From: Flavobacteriales bacterium | Lineage (GTDB): Bacteria; Bacteroidota; Bacteroidia; Flavobacteriales_D; Sanyastnellaceae | DNA length: 64,000 nt | Direction: 5' to 3' | Assembly (NCBI GenBank): GCA_034408895.1 | Contig: JAWXCI010000001.1 | Span: 16,638 to 80,637, forward strand | Shown: piece by piece, positions 37,301 to 46,153 of the stretch | Layout: every line of letters begins with the position of its first letter | Position numbering within the stretch: position 1 is the stretch's first letter | The notes under the pieces: model-generated | Database searches by the model: none | Told to the model about the DNA's origin: nothing | The model's input: only the letters and a program-made list of their open reading frames with translations | Made by a program: the position numbers and the translations under genes

Positions 37301-38935
37301 TTACTCTGTTGGCATTTTTCCAAACCAAAGTGTTTTCCCATTTTTGGTTTCACCAAAGAATGCGATTGAATTTTGTGTGTCAATCGGCAGAAAAGGAAAG
37401 CCATTATTAAGGTAGTATTTCTCCTGGCCAAAAGGAACAAAATCACCAATGGTTGCTGCCGTCAAATTGACTTTTCCCACGTTGGGGTACAGTAGAACTT
37501 TGTACGTCATGTTGCTGAGTTCCTTGTCTTCACGAACACCTTTCACTTCGCCCACTAACCAGTAAACTCCTTTTCCATCATTGCTAAGAATCAAATCCTG
37601 ATAGCAGGGAGTAGACTTCGCCAATTGGTTATTTTCCTCGCGATGAATCCCATATTGAGCTTTCAAGTCGCCCTTGCCAGAGAAATGAAACATGATGGGG
37701 TCCGTGAAATCGCGTGAGCCGTCCTGGTTCTTCTTGAAGTTTTGTCCCATGATGAAAATTTCTTCACCCTGTGCAATTACGATCCCTGCTGAGCGGAATT
37801 TTTTGCCTTTGTAAGCCGGTACTTTTTTCTGAGTTGGTCCTGCCTGCGCCTTGGTTTCAAATTCATCAATAGAAGGAGCGCTGATCCATTGCAAACCATT
37901 GCTGTTCAGTTTGGCAATCTGGAATGACTCCCATTTCATTTCATCAGTGGCAGTTCCGGGTGGAATCACTTCGTCCGCATATTTATCATCAGCTTTTGCA
38001 GGCCCATATATATAGGTGTAGCCATCTACGGTGTTTATGCTGTTTACAGCCCAGATTGCATTTGGTGTGGGCAATGGTGAGCGTTGCATGATGTTGGCAT
38101 CGTTGGCCACGCGAACGTAGGTGTAATTTTTCGGATCAGGATCAGCAAGTTTTTTTAATCCGGATCCACCCATCGGTGCAAATACAAGAGCGAGATCGCT
38201 ACTGGAAATATCATCCGACTCATCTTCAGAATTGTCTTCTTTCGAAACGATGAACCTGCTGAGCAATTGTTGAGGATGGTCGAAATTAAAATTCTGAGTA
38301 TTGGTTACGTCCAGGTCTTTGTTGATGATGAGAGCTGAGAAGTTCTTGCGAAACGCATTTGCATCCGCACCTTTTTTCATTCCAGCCTTTTCGCCCACTA
38401 TCACCAGCACTTCACCTGTTTGGTCATTCTCCGCCTTAGCCCACAGGAAGTATTTGTTGCCTTCATCATTTTTCGGTTTCACCTTTTCCAGAAGTTTCAC
38501 GGTTTTATCGTAGCCGCCCCAGAACCAACTCCATTTGTAGGTGATGAGCTTCTTTCTCAGCACAAGCGTGCCCACCAGGTTCGCTTCCACGCTGATAGCT
38601 TCCACCTGGTATTCTTCGCCCTTGTAGCGAAACCACTTGTACTTGGCGTGTGCCTTTTCGAATTCCAGTTCATCAGTTATCAGGTTTTTGAAATTAAAAT
38701 CAAGATCAAATTGGTAAGTTTCAAATTTCACCATGCGATCATTTGACTTGGTGACATACGTGAGCTCGAGAAGATCCTTTGGCTCATCAATGTTGATGTT
38801 TCCGAGAAATCCCCGATTGGCTTTTCCAGTAATCTCATAAGTGTTTTCTACAGAAAGAGACTGACCGGACAGGAGGGCATGGTTCAGCAACAAAAGCGTT
38901 GCAGCAATCATTACTAAAAAAAATTGTTTTTTCAT
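37301..38935 (-). CDS. Secreted hypothetical protein (544 aa)
   Basis: Signal MKKQFFLVMIAATLLLLNHALLSGQ. The ORF is long and clean. I cannot assign a family with confidence. Confidence 0.65.
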   Translation of the reverse strand: MKKQFFLVMIAATLLLLNHALLSGQSLSVENTYEITGKANRGFLGNINIDEPKDLLELTYVTKSNDRMVKFETYQFDLDFNFKNLITDELEFEKAHAKYKWFRYKGEEYQVEAISVEANLVGTLVLRKKLITYKWSWFWGGYDKTVKLLEKVKPKNDEGNKYFLWAKAENDQTGEVLVIVGEKAGMKKGADANAFRKNFSALIINKDLDVTNTQNFNFDHPQQLLSRFIVSKEDNSEDESDDISSSDLALVFAPMGGSGLKKLADPDPKNYTYVRVANDANIMQRSPLPTPNAIWAVNSINTVDGYTYIYGPAKADDKYADEVIPPGTATDEMKWESFQIAKLNSNGLQWISAPSIDEFETKAQAGPTQKKVPAYKGKKFRSAGIVIAQGEEIFIMGQNFKKNQDGSRDFTDPIMFHFSGKGDLKAQYGIHREENNQLAKSTPCYQDLILSNDGKGVYWLVGEVKGVREDKELSNMTYKVLLYPNVGKVNLTAATIGDFVPFGQEKYYLNNGFPFLPIDTQNSIAFFGETKNGKTLWFGKMPTE

Positions 38936-39016
38936 TTCGCTTTGGATTTAAAATTATTGGGGCAAAGAAACCAAAGTATGTAGTGAAGGAATTCGGGTGA
39001 ATACCGTATTTTGAAT

Positions 39017-39937
39017 TCAACTTGATGCCTTTTTAGTTGTGGCACTTGCGAAGTTGAGAATGGACGAATTCTCCGGACTCATCCATGTAATTTCCTCATC
39101 ACGCCTCCACCAGGTGAGCTGGCGTTTGGAGTAGTTGCGGGTGTGCTGCTTTATTTTTTCGATGGCATCGGGTAGCGAACACTTGCCTTCGAAGTACTCA
39201 AATAATTCTTTGTAGCCAACGGTGTTCAATGAGTTGAAATGGCGAAATGGAAAAAGTGATGTTGCCTCCTGCTCCAATCCCGCATCCATCATTTCATTTA
39301 CACGCGCATCAATTTTTTGGTATAACAAATCGCGAGGCACATCCAATCCAATTTTCAAAATTCGAAATGGCCGCTTTGCTTTTTGCCTGCTGCGAAGGGT
39401 TGAATACTTCTGCCCCGTCAGTTCGATTACTTCCAACGCGCGCATAAGACGGGAAGGATTTGCTGTATCCACCTGGCCGAAGTATTCTGCATCGCGCAGT
39501 TCCAGTTCCTTTTGCAGCGATTCGATTCCATTTTTTTCCAGTTCATGTGCCCATTTCATTTTCAACTGAATGTCAGAAGGCAAATCATCCATCCCATTCA
39601 GTAACGATTGAATGTATAGACCAGAACCACCGGCACAAATCACCACATCATGTGTTGAGAAAAGATGTTCGAGCAACCGAAGGGCATCATGTTCGAACGT
39701 GCCGGAACTGTAATGTCCGTGTATGGAAATGAAAGCAATGAAGTGATGCCTCACAGCCTGAAGTTGTTCTTGTGATGGACGAGCAACACCAATATTTAGT
39801 TCGCGAAAAAACTGGCGCGAATCAGCAGAAAGTATTTCGGTGGAAAAATGACGGGCTAGTTCTATAGCAACAGAAGTTTTTCCCGATGCAGTGGGCCCAA
39901 GGACCACAATGAGCGTTTTGTTTTCTGTCTCCGACAA
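39017..39937 (-). CDS. miaA: tRNA dimethylallyltransferase
   Basis: 306 aa with the P-loop GPTASGKTS and an overall MiaA-like layout. TTG start. Confidence 0.9.
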   Translation of the reverse strand: MSETENKTLIVVLGPTASGKTSVAIELARHFSTEILSADSRQFFRELNIGVARPSQEQLQAVRHHFIAFISIHGHYSSGTFEHDALRLLEHLFSTHDVVICAGGSGLYIQSLLNGMDDLPSDIQLKMKWAHELEKNGIESLQKELELRDAEYFGQVDTANPSRLMRALEVIELTGQKYSTLRSRQKAKRPFRILKIGLDVPRDLLYQKIDARVNEMMDAGLEQEATSLFPFRHFNSLNTVGYKELFEYFEGKCSLPDAIEKIKQHTRNYSKRQLTWWRRDEEITWMSPENSSILNFASATTKKASS

Positions 39938-39946
39938 TTTTCAATT

Positions 39947-40537
39947 TCAATAGTCATCCTTCTCACTAATGCTTCCCCCCAATTCATCTTCATCGAATTG
40001 TACATCATCATTGCCCAGATCATTCTCATCATCGTCATCAGGGGCGTTCAACTCATCAAACTCTTCTTCGGAAAACTCGCTGCCATACAAATCCATCTCT
40101 TTCGAATCCTGCGATGGGGCATCACCGAAAGCCATAGCCACACGAGGGTAAATGGTGGAAGGTTTGTCTTTCTTCACCTCCACCAACTCGATGTAAAAGC
40201 ACCACATGCGCATAAAATCATACACGTATAAAATCTTCTCCGATGGTTTGGACACCATGTCGCCCAGTTTTGTGCTCTTCATGCTGGTGGCCACACTTCC
40301 TTCCTCCTTCGATCCCATTTCCGTCAACGGAATTTCAAGACCCTTTTCCCAACTTTCGTTGCTCATGTAGAAGGAGGCCATTTCGCCACTTTCGAAATCG
40401 AACGCATCAAGAATTGAGTTATGGAATACCTCGAATGAAGAGTCTGTTTCAACTTCAATATCACGGAATACATCCTGTTCTGCGTCTATTACCACCCGGA
40501 ATTTGAAAATGTTGATACCGGTATTTTTTTTAGCCAT
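39947..40537 (-). CDS. pRiA4b ORF-3-like family protein with an acidic tail
   Basis: Contains FKFRVVIDAEQDVFRDIEVETDSSFEVFHNSILDAFDF and YVYDFMRMWCFYIELVEV. Starts at ATG 40537. Confidence 0.55.
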   Translation of the reverse strand: MAKKNTGINIFKFRVVIDAEQDVFRDIEVETDSSFEVFHNSILDAFDFESGEMASFYMSNESWEKGLEIPLTEMGSKEEGSVATSMKSTKLGDMVSKPSEKILYVYDFMRMWCFYIELVEVKKDKPSTIYPRVAMAFGDAPSQDSKEMDLYGSEFSEEEFDELNAPDDDDENDLGNDDVQFDEDELGGSISEKDDY

Positions 40538-40582
40538 TGATGAGGGGAAATAATTGGCCGCCAAAACTAATCGCGCCTTTAT

Positions 40583-41215
40583 TTACCAGACAAAATCCTC
40601 CGGCTCTGCAGTTTTCTTTGAAGTCAAAATTCCACATAGGAACAAGTCGAACCGAATGAAATGCTGCTGGAATCCAGTGTCGCCAAACAGCCTGCTTTTA
40701 CTTATTCCGTATCCCAGCACCGCCTCCACATGAAGACCTTGCAATTTGCCGGGAGTTTTATACCCGAGCGCCATTCCGATATCGTAACTCATTCCGGTGT
40801 CAACTTCAGTGGAGGGCGAATCGAACTGGAAACCGGTAGGGTTGGGCGTAATGCCATGTTGTGTAATTTCCTTCAACAATCTGGCCCGGCCAAAACCACT
40901 GGCAAAAAATCCCAGTGGTGATTTTTCGCCAAAGATTCCGAAGTAATGCCGCGCTTCGGGCATGAGTCCCAAGCCAGTCAACGAATAGCCCGATATAGAA
41001 CTGTTTTGTGTAGAAAGTTCATCCTGTGCGTAGCGCCCAACTTCCAGATTTAGTGAAAAAGAGAAGCGTGACGAATCGAAAGCGAGTTCATAGCCAACTC
41101 CTCCTATCGGCCTGTTGGTGGCAACAAAAGTTGCGTTGAATTTTACTGTATGAACTTGTGTTGAAACTTGAGAAAGAAAACTTAGGGCAAAACAAATGGT
41201 AAGAAAATGTTTCAT
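40583..41215 (-). CDS. Small outer-membrane beta-barrel protein
   Basis: Signal MKHFLTICFALSFLSQVSTQ at ATG 41215. It shows an alternating strand pattern. Confidence 0.5.
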   Translation of the reverse strand: MKHFLTICFALSFLSQVSTQVHTVKFNATFVATNRPIGGVGYELAFDSSRFSFSLNLEVGRYAQDELSTQNSSISGYSLTGLGLMPEARHYFGIFGEKSPLGFFASGFGRARLLKEITQHGITPNPTGFQFDSPSTEVDTGMSYDIGMALGYKTPGKLQGLHVEAVLGYGISKSRLFGDTGFQQHFIRFDLFLCGILTSKKTAEPEDFVW

Positions 41216-41449
41216 GGTGTGGTTAATAAGAATGTTTAAGCAGTGGTAAAAATAAAGAAGGTTTGGGCATGTGCCGATATGTAGCTGCTGAGTGAAACGA
41301 AGTCTCGATTCTTCTTCGGAATGCTGATTTGACGACATCGGATGTCTGATGGCATTGTCTCATATCTGATAGTACATCCCGATAACTACCGTAACTCACA
41401 TCACGTCTCCTCATTAGGTTTGCGCACTTTTTTCAGAAACAAAATAAAA

Positions 41450-41965
41450 ATGATTGACACAAGAATTATTAAAGGAGTGATTGCAGCTGGCATGATTGCA
41501 CTTGCTGTTTGGCTGTTTACCGAAGGTGAAATTCTTTGGGGGATTATAGTTTCGCTGGCAGCTATTGTGGCTTCGTTTCTTGTGTTCCGCAGCATTCGCA
41601 TCATTCGGGCGATGTTCGCATTACGCAGCCAAAAAATGGATAAAGCACGCAAGTATCTCGACCAAATCAATCCCGCGCATTTGTGGAAGAGACAACAGGG
41701 GTACTACTATCTTCTAATGGGAACGGCCAATGCCGACAAAAACAGTTTTGCTCAAAGCGAGAAATACTTTAAGCAAGCCCTTAGTTCAGGTTTGCGCTAT
41801 GATCATGATAAGGCAATGGTCTTCATGAACCTCTCTGTGCTCACCGCCAACAAAAGGAAAAAAAGGGAAGCCATAAACCTGCTCAATGAAGCTAAAAAGT
41901 ACGATACGAAGGGAATGATGAAGGACCAATTGAAACAGGTGAGCAAAATGATCAATCAGATTTAA
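41450..41965 (+). CDS. Hypothetical membrane protein with a TPR-like C-terminal part
   Basis: Starts at ATG 41450. It has two N-terminal TM segments followed by YYYLLMGTANADKNSFAQSEKYFKQAL. Confidence 0.5.
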   Translation: MIDTRIIKGVIAAGMIALAVWLFTEGEILWGIIVSLAAIVASFLVFRSIRIIRAMFALRSQKMDKARKYLDQINPAHLWKRQQGYYYLLMGTANADKNSFAQSEKYFKQALSSGLRYDHDKAMVFMNLSVLTANKRKKREAINLLNEAKKYDTKGMMKDQLKQVSKMINQI

Positions 41966-42272
41966 ACTCACCCACCTTCACTCCTGAATCTATCTGAATT
42001 TTCTGTAGCCGGGAAAGAAGTTCGAGACTTTTCCTGTGAACATCCTTGTTCATGGTCTGGAAATGCTGTTCCAGTTGCTCTGAATCTGTTGCGAAATTGT
42101 GTGCATCCAGTTTTAACAACTGGTAGTTCAGCTCATCAGTAGCTTCTTTAATAATGCGATTCACTTCATCGGAATGTTGCGACTGGTTAACCAGGAAATG
42201 AAATCCCTGTTCAATCACATCGTTGAGCATAGTGTGTACTGCAAGTCGAACGCTTTCCCTGTTGGTGGTCAT
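41952..42272 (-). CDS. Hypothetical helical protein (106 aa)
   Basis: Clean ORF downstream of the E1 gene on the same strand. I recognise no family. Confidence 0.4.
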   Translation of the reverse strand: MTTNRESVRLAVHTMLNDVIEQGFHFLVNQSQHSDEVNRIIKEATDELNYQLLKLDAHNFATDSEQLEQHFQTMNKDVHRKSLELLSRLQKIQIDSGVKVGEFKSD

Positions 42273-42355
42273 TTATCAGAAAGTTTATATCAAGGTTGGG
42301 GCAAGATAGGAACGTTCGCGTTTCCCAATCCAATAAAAATCTTTATGGGTTGCAA

Positions 42356-44368
42356 TCAGTAGTTCAAAAGTTGAAAAAGTTTGTCCTCCAGCCTGTCGTT
42401 GGCAAGGAAATTATTTTCAAGTTCTGCCGCAAATGGAATAGGTGTATCCAGGCTTGCGCAGCGCATAACCGGTGCATCGAGGTGTGCAAAACAATTTTCA
42501 GAAATGAGCGCGGCTATCTCACCACCAATACCACCGGTGAGTGAGTCTTCATGCAGCACCAAAACACGGCCTGTCTTTTTCGCTGAAGCATAAATCGTTT
42601 CCATGTCGAGTGGAGCAAGCGTTCTCAAGTCAATGAGGTCGGCACTTACTTCTTTGTTTTCATCCAGGTGTTTAATTGCCCAGTGAACTCCTAATCCATA
42701 GGTCACGATGGTCACATCTTTTCCTTCACGCAGCAAGTTGGCAACACCGAATGGAATGGTGTAAAAATCATCGGGCACAGGACCGCTCACACTTCGATAA
42801 AGTGCTTTGTGTTCAAAAAACATTACAGGGTTGGGGTCTTCGAAACTCTGGCATAAAAGGCCTTTGGCATCATATGGAAATGCGGGGTAGGCAATCTTCA
42901 ACCCGGGAGTATGAAAAAACCAGGCTTCATTGCTTTGGCTGTGGAATGGACCGGCAGCTACACTTGCCCCCGTAGGCATGCGCACCACAACATCGGCATT
43001 TTCCTTCCAGCGATAATTCAGTTTTGCAAGGTTGTTTATTATCTGGTTAAAGCCGCAGGTTACAAAATCGGCAAACTGCATTTCCACCATTGCTTTCCAT
43101 CCTTTTATAGAAAGGCCAAGTGCGGCTCCCAAAATTGCGCTTTCGCAAAGAGGAGTATTTCGCACACGATCCTTTCCAAATTCTTCCACCATTCCTTCTG
43201 TCACTTTAAAAACTCCACCGTACTCAGCAATGTCTTGTCCCATCAACACAAGATGGGGATGTCGCTGCATACTTTGCCGAAGTCCATCACTGATTGCATC
43301 AATCATCCTTCTCTCAGATTTTCGTTCGGTATCTGGTGAAATGATTTTGTTGTCAAACGGTTTAAATACATCCGCTGTTTCTTTATGGGTTGATGGAATA
43401 ATCAAGGGTTGTTCGAATGTGCTTTTCAATGCATTGTTTATTTCCAACTTCATTCCGCTGCGGATGTTCAACACGCTCTCATCGTGCAGCACTCCTTGTT
43501 CCAATAACCAGTATTCAAAATTGTTCACCGGGTCTTTTTTCTCCCATTGTGGGATGAGTCCTTCGGGATAATATTTTGTGCCACTGGCCTCTTCGTGGCC
43601 GCGCAGTCGGAAGGTCATAAACTCAAGAATAACAGGCCGGGGATTTTCGCCAATGCTTTCAGCCACTCTTTTTACCGTGTTGAAAACTTCGATGATGTTG
43701 TTGCCGTCCAGTTGAATTGCATCGGCCTGCGGCATTCCGTATCCTATGGCTTTATCAATAAATTGTGCGCAACGAAATTGCTCGCGGCTGGGTGTGCTCA
43801 GTCCCCATGCGTTGTTTTCTATTCCGAAAATTACAGGCAAATCCCATACTGTGGCCACGTTCAACGCTTCGTGAAAATCGCCTTCGCTCGCACCACCATC
43901 ACCACAAAAAACCAATGTGGCTTTCTTTTCATTTCCAAGTTTTGATGCCAGTGCGATGCCATCGGCAATGCCGAGTTGAGGTCCCAGGTGCGAAATCATA
44001 CCCACCAGGTGATGCTCTTTCGTTCCGAAATGAAATGACCTGTCGCGCCCATTGGTGAAACCATTTTCTTTTCCCTGGAATTGCGCGAAAAGTTTTTCGA
44101 GGGGGAGATTTCGTGATGTAAAAATTCCGAGATTGCGGTGCATAGGAAGTATGTACTCATCCGCCTTCATAGCCAGCCCTGCACCCACACTTATGGCTTC
44201 CTGACCAAAGCCGCTAAACCATTTGGAAATTTTTCCCTGCCGCAACAGGCTCAACATCTTTTCCTCAATGAGCCTCGGCATGAGTATGGAGCGATACAAC
44301 GTGATAAGTTCGTCATTGCTCAAGCCTGACCTCTTGAATTGGATAACAGATTTAGACAATGTGGGCAT
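42356..44368 (-). CDS. Fused alpha/beta E1 component of a 2-oxoacid (branched-chain-type) dehydrogenase
   Basis: TPP motif GDGGASEGDFHEALN, with a transketolase-like beta part downstream. I prefer ATG 44368 (MPTLSKSVIQFKR...). The longer track ORF would overlap the divergent neighbour. Confidence 0.85.
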   Translation of the reverse strand: MPTLSKSVIQFKRSGLSNDELITLYRSILMPRLIEEKMLSLLRQGKISKWFSGFGQEAISVGAGLAMKADEYILPMHRNLGIFTSRNLPLEKLFAQFQGKENGFTNGRDRSFHFGTKEHHLVGMISHLGPQLGIADGIALASKLGNEKKATLVFCGDGGASEGDFHEALNVATVWDLPVIFGIENNAWGLSTPSREQFRCAQFIDKAIGYGMPQADAIQLDGNNIIEVFNTVKRVAESIGENPRPVILEFMTFRLRGHEEASGTKYYPEGLIPQWEKKDPVNNFEYWLLEQGVLHDESVLNIRSGMKLEINNALKSTFEQPLIIPSTHKETADVFKPFDNKIISPDTERKSERRMIDAISDGLRQSMQRHPHLVLMGQDIAEYGGVFKVTEGMVEEFGKDRVRNTPLCESAILGAALGLSIKGWKAMVEMQFADFVTCGFNQIINNLAKLNYRWKENADVVVRMPTGASVAAGPFHSQSNEAWFFHTPGLKIAYPAFPYDAKGLLCQSFEDPNPVMFFEHKALYRSVSGPVPDDFYTIPFGVANLLREGKDVTIVTYGLGVHWAIKHLDENKEVSADLIDLRTLAPLDMETIYASAKKTGRVLVLHEDSLTGGIGGEIAALISENCFAHLDAPVMRCASLDTPIPFAAELENNFLANDRLEDKLFQLLNY

Positions 44369-44441
44369 GAGCGGCTGATAAATTTTTGGTCGCCAAAAGT
44401 AGCCGGACAGTAAATGGAAAAAATTCGCTGGCCTGATACTT

Positions 44442-46034
44442 TTGTCCGCAGTGCCGCGCATTGTTGAAAAATCACTCAGCCCTGAAACCGCTACCGACCG
44501 GGAAGCCATTAGTGCCGCCTTAGCAGCGGAGGCAATGGTATTTTCCGATTTTAGAATTCTTAAGCGAAGCGTGGATTCTAGGCAGCGTGAAGTGAAAATA
44601 AACATGCGCATTGAACTATTCAGCGCTGGTGAAAAAATTTCTTCGCGAATTCAAGATAGAATTTTTCCTGATGTGCAGTATGGTTATCCGGTGCTCGTTG
44701 TGGGTGCCGGTCCAGCCGGGCTATTTGCAGCGTTGAAATTGATTGAACTGGGATTGAAGCCGGTGGTGATCGAGCGTGGTGTTGATGTTCGTGCACGCAG
44801 GCACGACATAGCGGCCATTCATAAACATCATATCGTAAATCCCGATTCCAATTACTGTTTCGGGGAAGGGGGAGCAGGAACTTTTAGCGATGGAAAACTT
44901 TACACACGTTCTACCAAACGCGGTGATGTGAATTCAATCCTGGAAACTTTCGTGCAGTTTGGTGCTGATGAAAGCATACTCAGCGATGCTCATCCGCATA
45001 TTGGCACGAATAAACTTCCCAAAATTGTAACCTCACTTCGCGAACAAATAATAAAGAGTGGGGGAGAGGTGAGGTTCAATTCGCGCCTTGTTGACTTTTC
45101 TGTGGATGAAAAAAATTTCATCCACTCTGTTTTTCTACAGGATGAAAATGATGCGATGCATGAAATGAAATGCTGGCAAGTGGTGCTGGCCACCGGTCAT
45201 TCGGCCCGCGATATTTTTCATCTTCTCGAGCACAAAAAAATTGCTATTGAATTTAAGCCGTTTGCCCTGGGTGTGCGGGTGGAGCATCTACAAGCCTTGA
45301 TTGACCGCGCTCAATACCATTGCGAAACACGCAGCGAATTTCTTCCTCCGTCATCTTATCAACTCGTTCACCAATCAGGAAATAGAAATGCATTCAGTTT
45401 TTGTATGTGCCCAGGTGGCATCATTGCTCCCTGCGCCACCTCACCGGGCGAAGTAGTTACTAATGGCTGGTCGCCTTCCAAAAGAAATAACCCATGGGCC
45501 AACAGCGGAATTGTGGTTCCCGTCAATTGGGATGATATACCCGCAGTCCATCCGTTAGGCGCACTTGCGGGAATTGAATTCCAGAAATCGGTCGAAAAGA
45601 AATGCTGGGAAGCGGCTGGAAGCACCCAAACAATTCCTGCCCAGCGCATGATTGATTTTGTGGAGGGGAAACTTTCTGCAACACTTCCGGAATGTTCCTA
45701 CCAGCCCGGCTTGGCCAGTGTGAGGCTGGATGAATTACTTCCATCATTTATTGTTGAAACACTTCGCGAAGCGTTGGTGAGTTTCGGAAAAAAAATAAAG
45801 GGATACTATACTAATGAGGCAGTACTTGTAGCACCGGAGTCGCGCACTTCATCACCGGTAAGAATTCCGCGCGACAAAGAATTTTTGCATCATCCCCAGA
45901 TTCACAATTTATTCCCCTGTGGCGAGGGCGCAGGTTATGCCGGGGGTATTGTAAGTGCTGCCATTGATGGCGAGCGTGTTTCTGCGGCTGTTGCAAGACA
46001 AGTTCGTGAATGTGCTGAACCCAAAGAGTGTTGA
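44442..46034 (+). CDS. FAD-dependent oxidoreductase (COG2509-like)
   Basis: Contains VLVVGAGPAGLFAAL and GEGGAGTFSDGKLYTRS. TTG start. Confidence 0.8.
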   Translation: MSAVPRIVEKSLSPETATDREAISAALAAEAMVFSDFRILKRSVDSRQREVKINMRIELFSAGEKISSRIQDRIFPDVQYGYPVLVVGAGPAGLFAALKLIELGLKPVVIERGVDVRARRHDIAAIHKHHIVNPDSNYCFGEGGAGTFSDGKLYTRSTKRGDVNSILETFVQFGADESILSDAHPHIGTNKLPKIVTSLREQIIKSGGEVRFNSRLVDFSVDEKNFIHSVFLQDENDAMHEMKCWQVVLATGHSARDIFHLLEHKKIAIEFKPFALGVRVEHLQALIDRAQYHCETRSEFLPPSSYQLVHQSGNRNAFSFCMCPGGIIAPCATSPGEVVTNGWSPSKRNNPWANSGIVVPVNWDDIPAVHPLGALAGIEFQKSVEKKCWEAAGSTQTIPAQRMIDFVEGKLSATLPECSYQPGLASVRLDELLPSFIVETLREALVSFGKKIKGYYTNEAVLVAPESRTSSPVRIPRDKEFLHHPQIHNLFPCGEGAGYAGGIVSAAIDGERVSAAVARQVRECAEPKEC

Positions 46035-46153
46035 ACAATACAGCTTGAAAATTTGGCAAAAAAACCAGTGAGCCATGCAAACTAAAACCTCTACTTTTAC
46101 GTTTTGTGGAAAATAGAACTGCAAGCATCATACAGTCTAAATTAGAAACCAAT

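Noticed and set aside
44369-44611. N-terminal 81-codon extension of the E1 dehydrogenase ORF (the 751-aa version in the track)
   Set aside because: It would overlap the divergent FAD-oxidoreductase gene start. Its sequence (MRMFIFTSRCLESTLRL...) is not protein-like. ATG 44368 gives the expected E1-alpha N-terminus.
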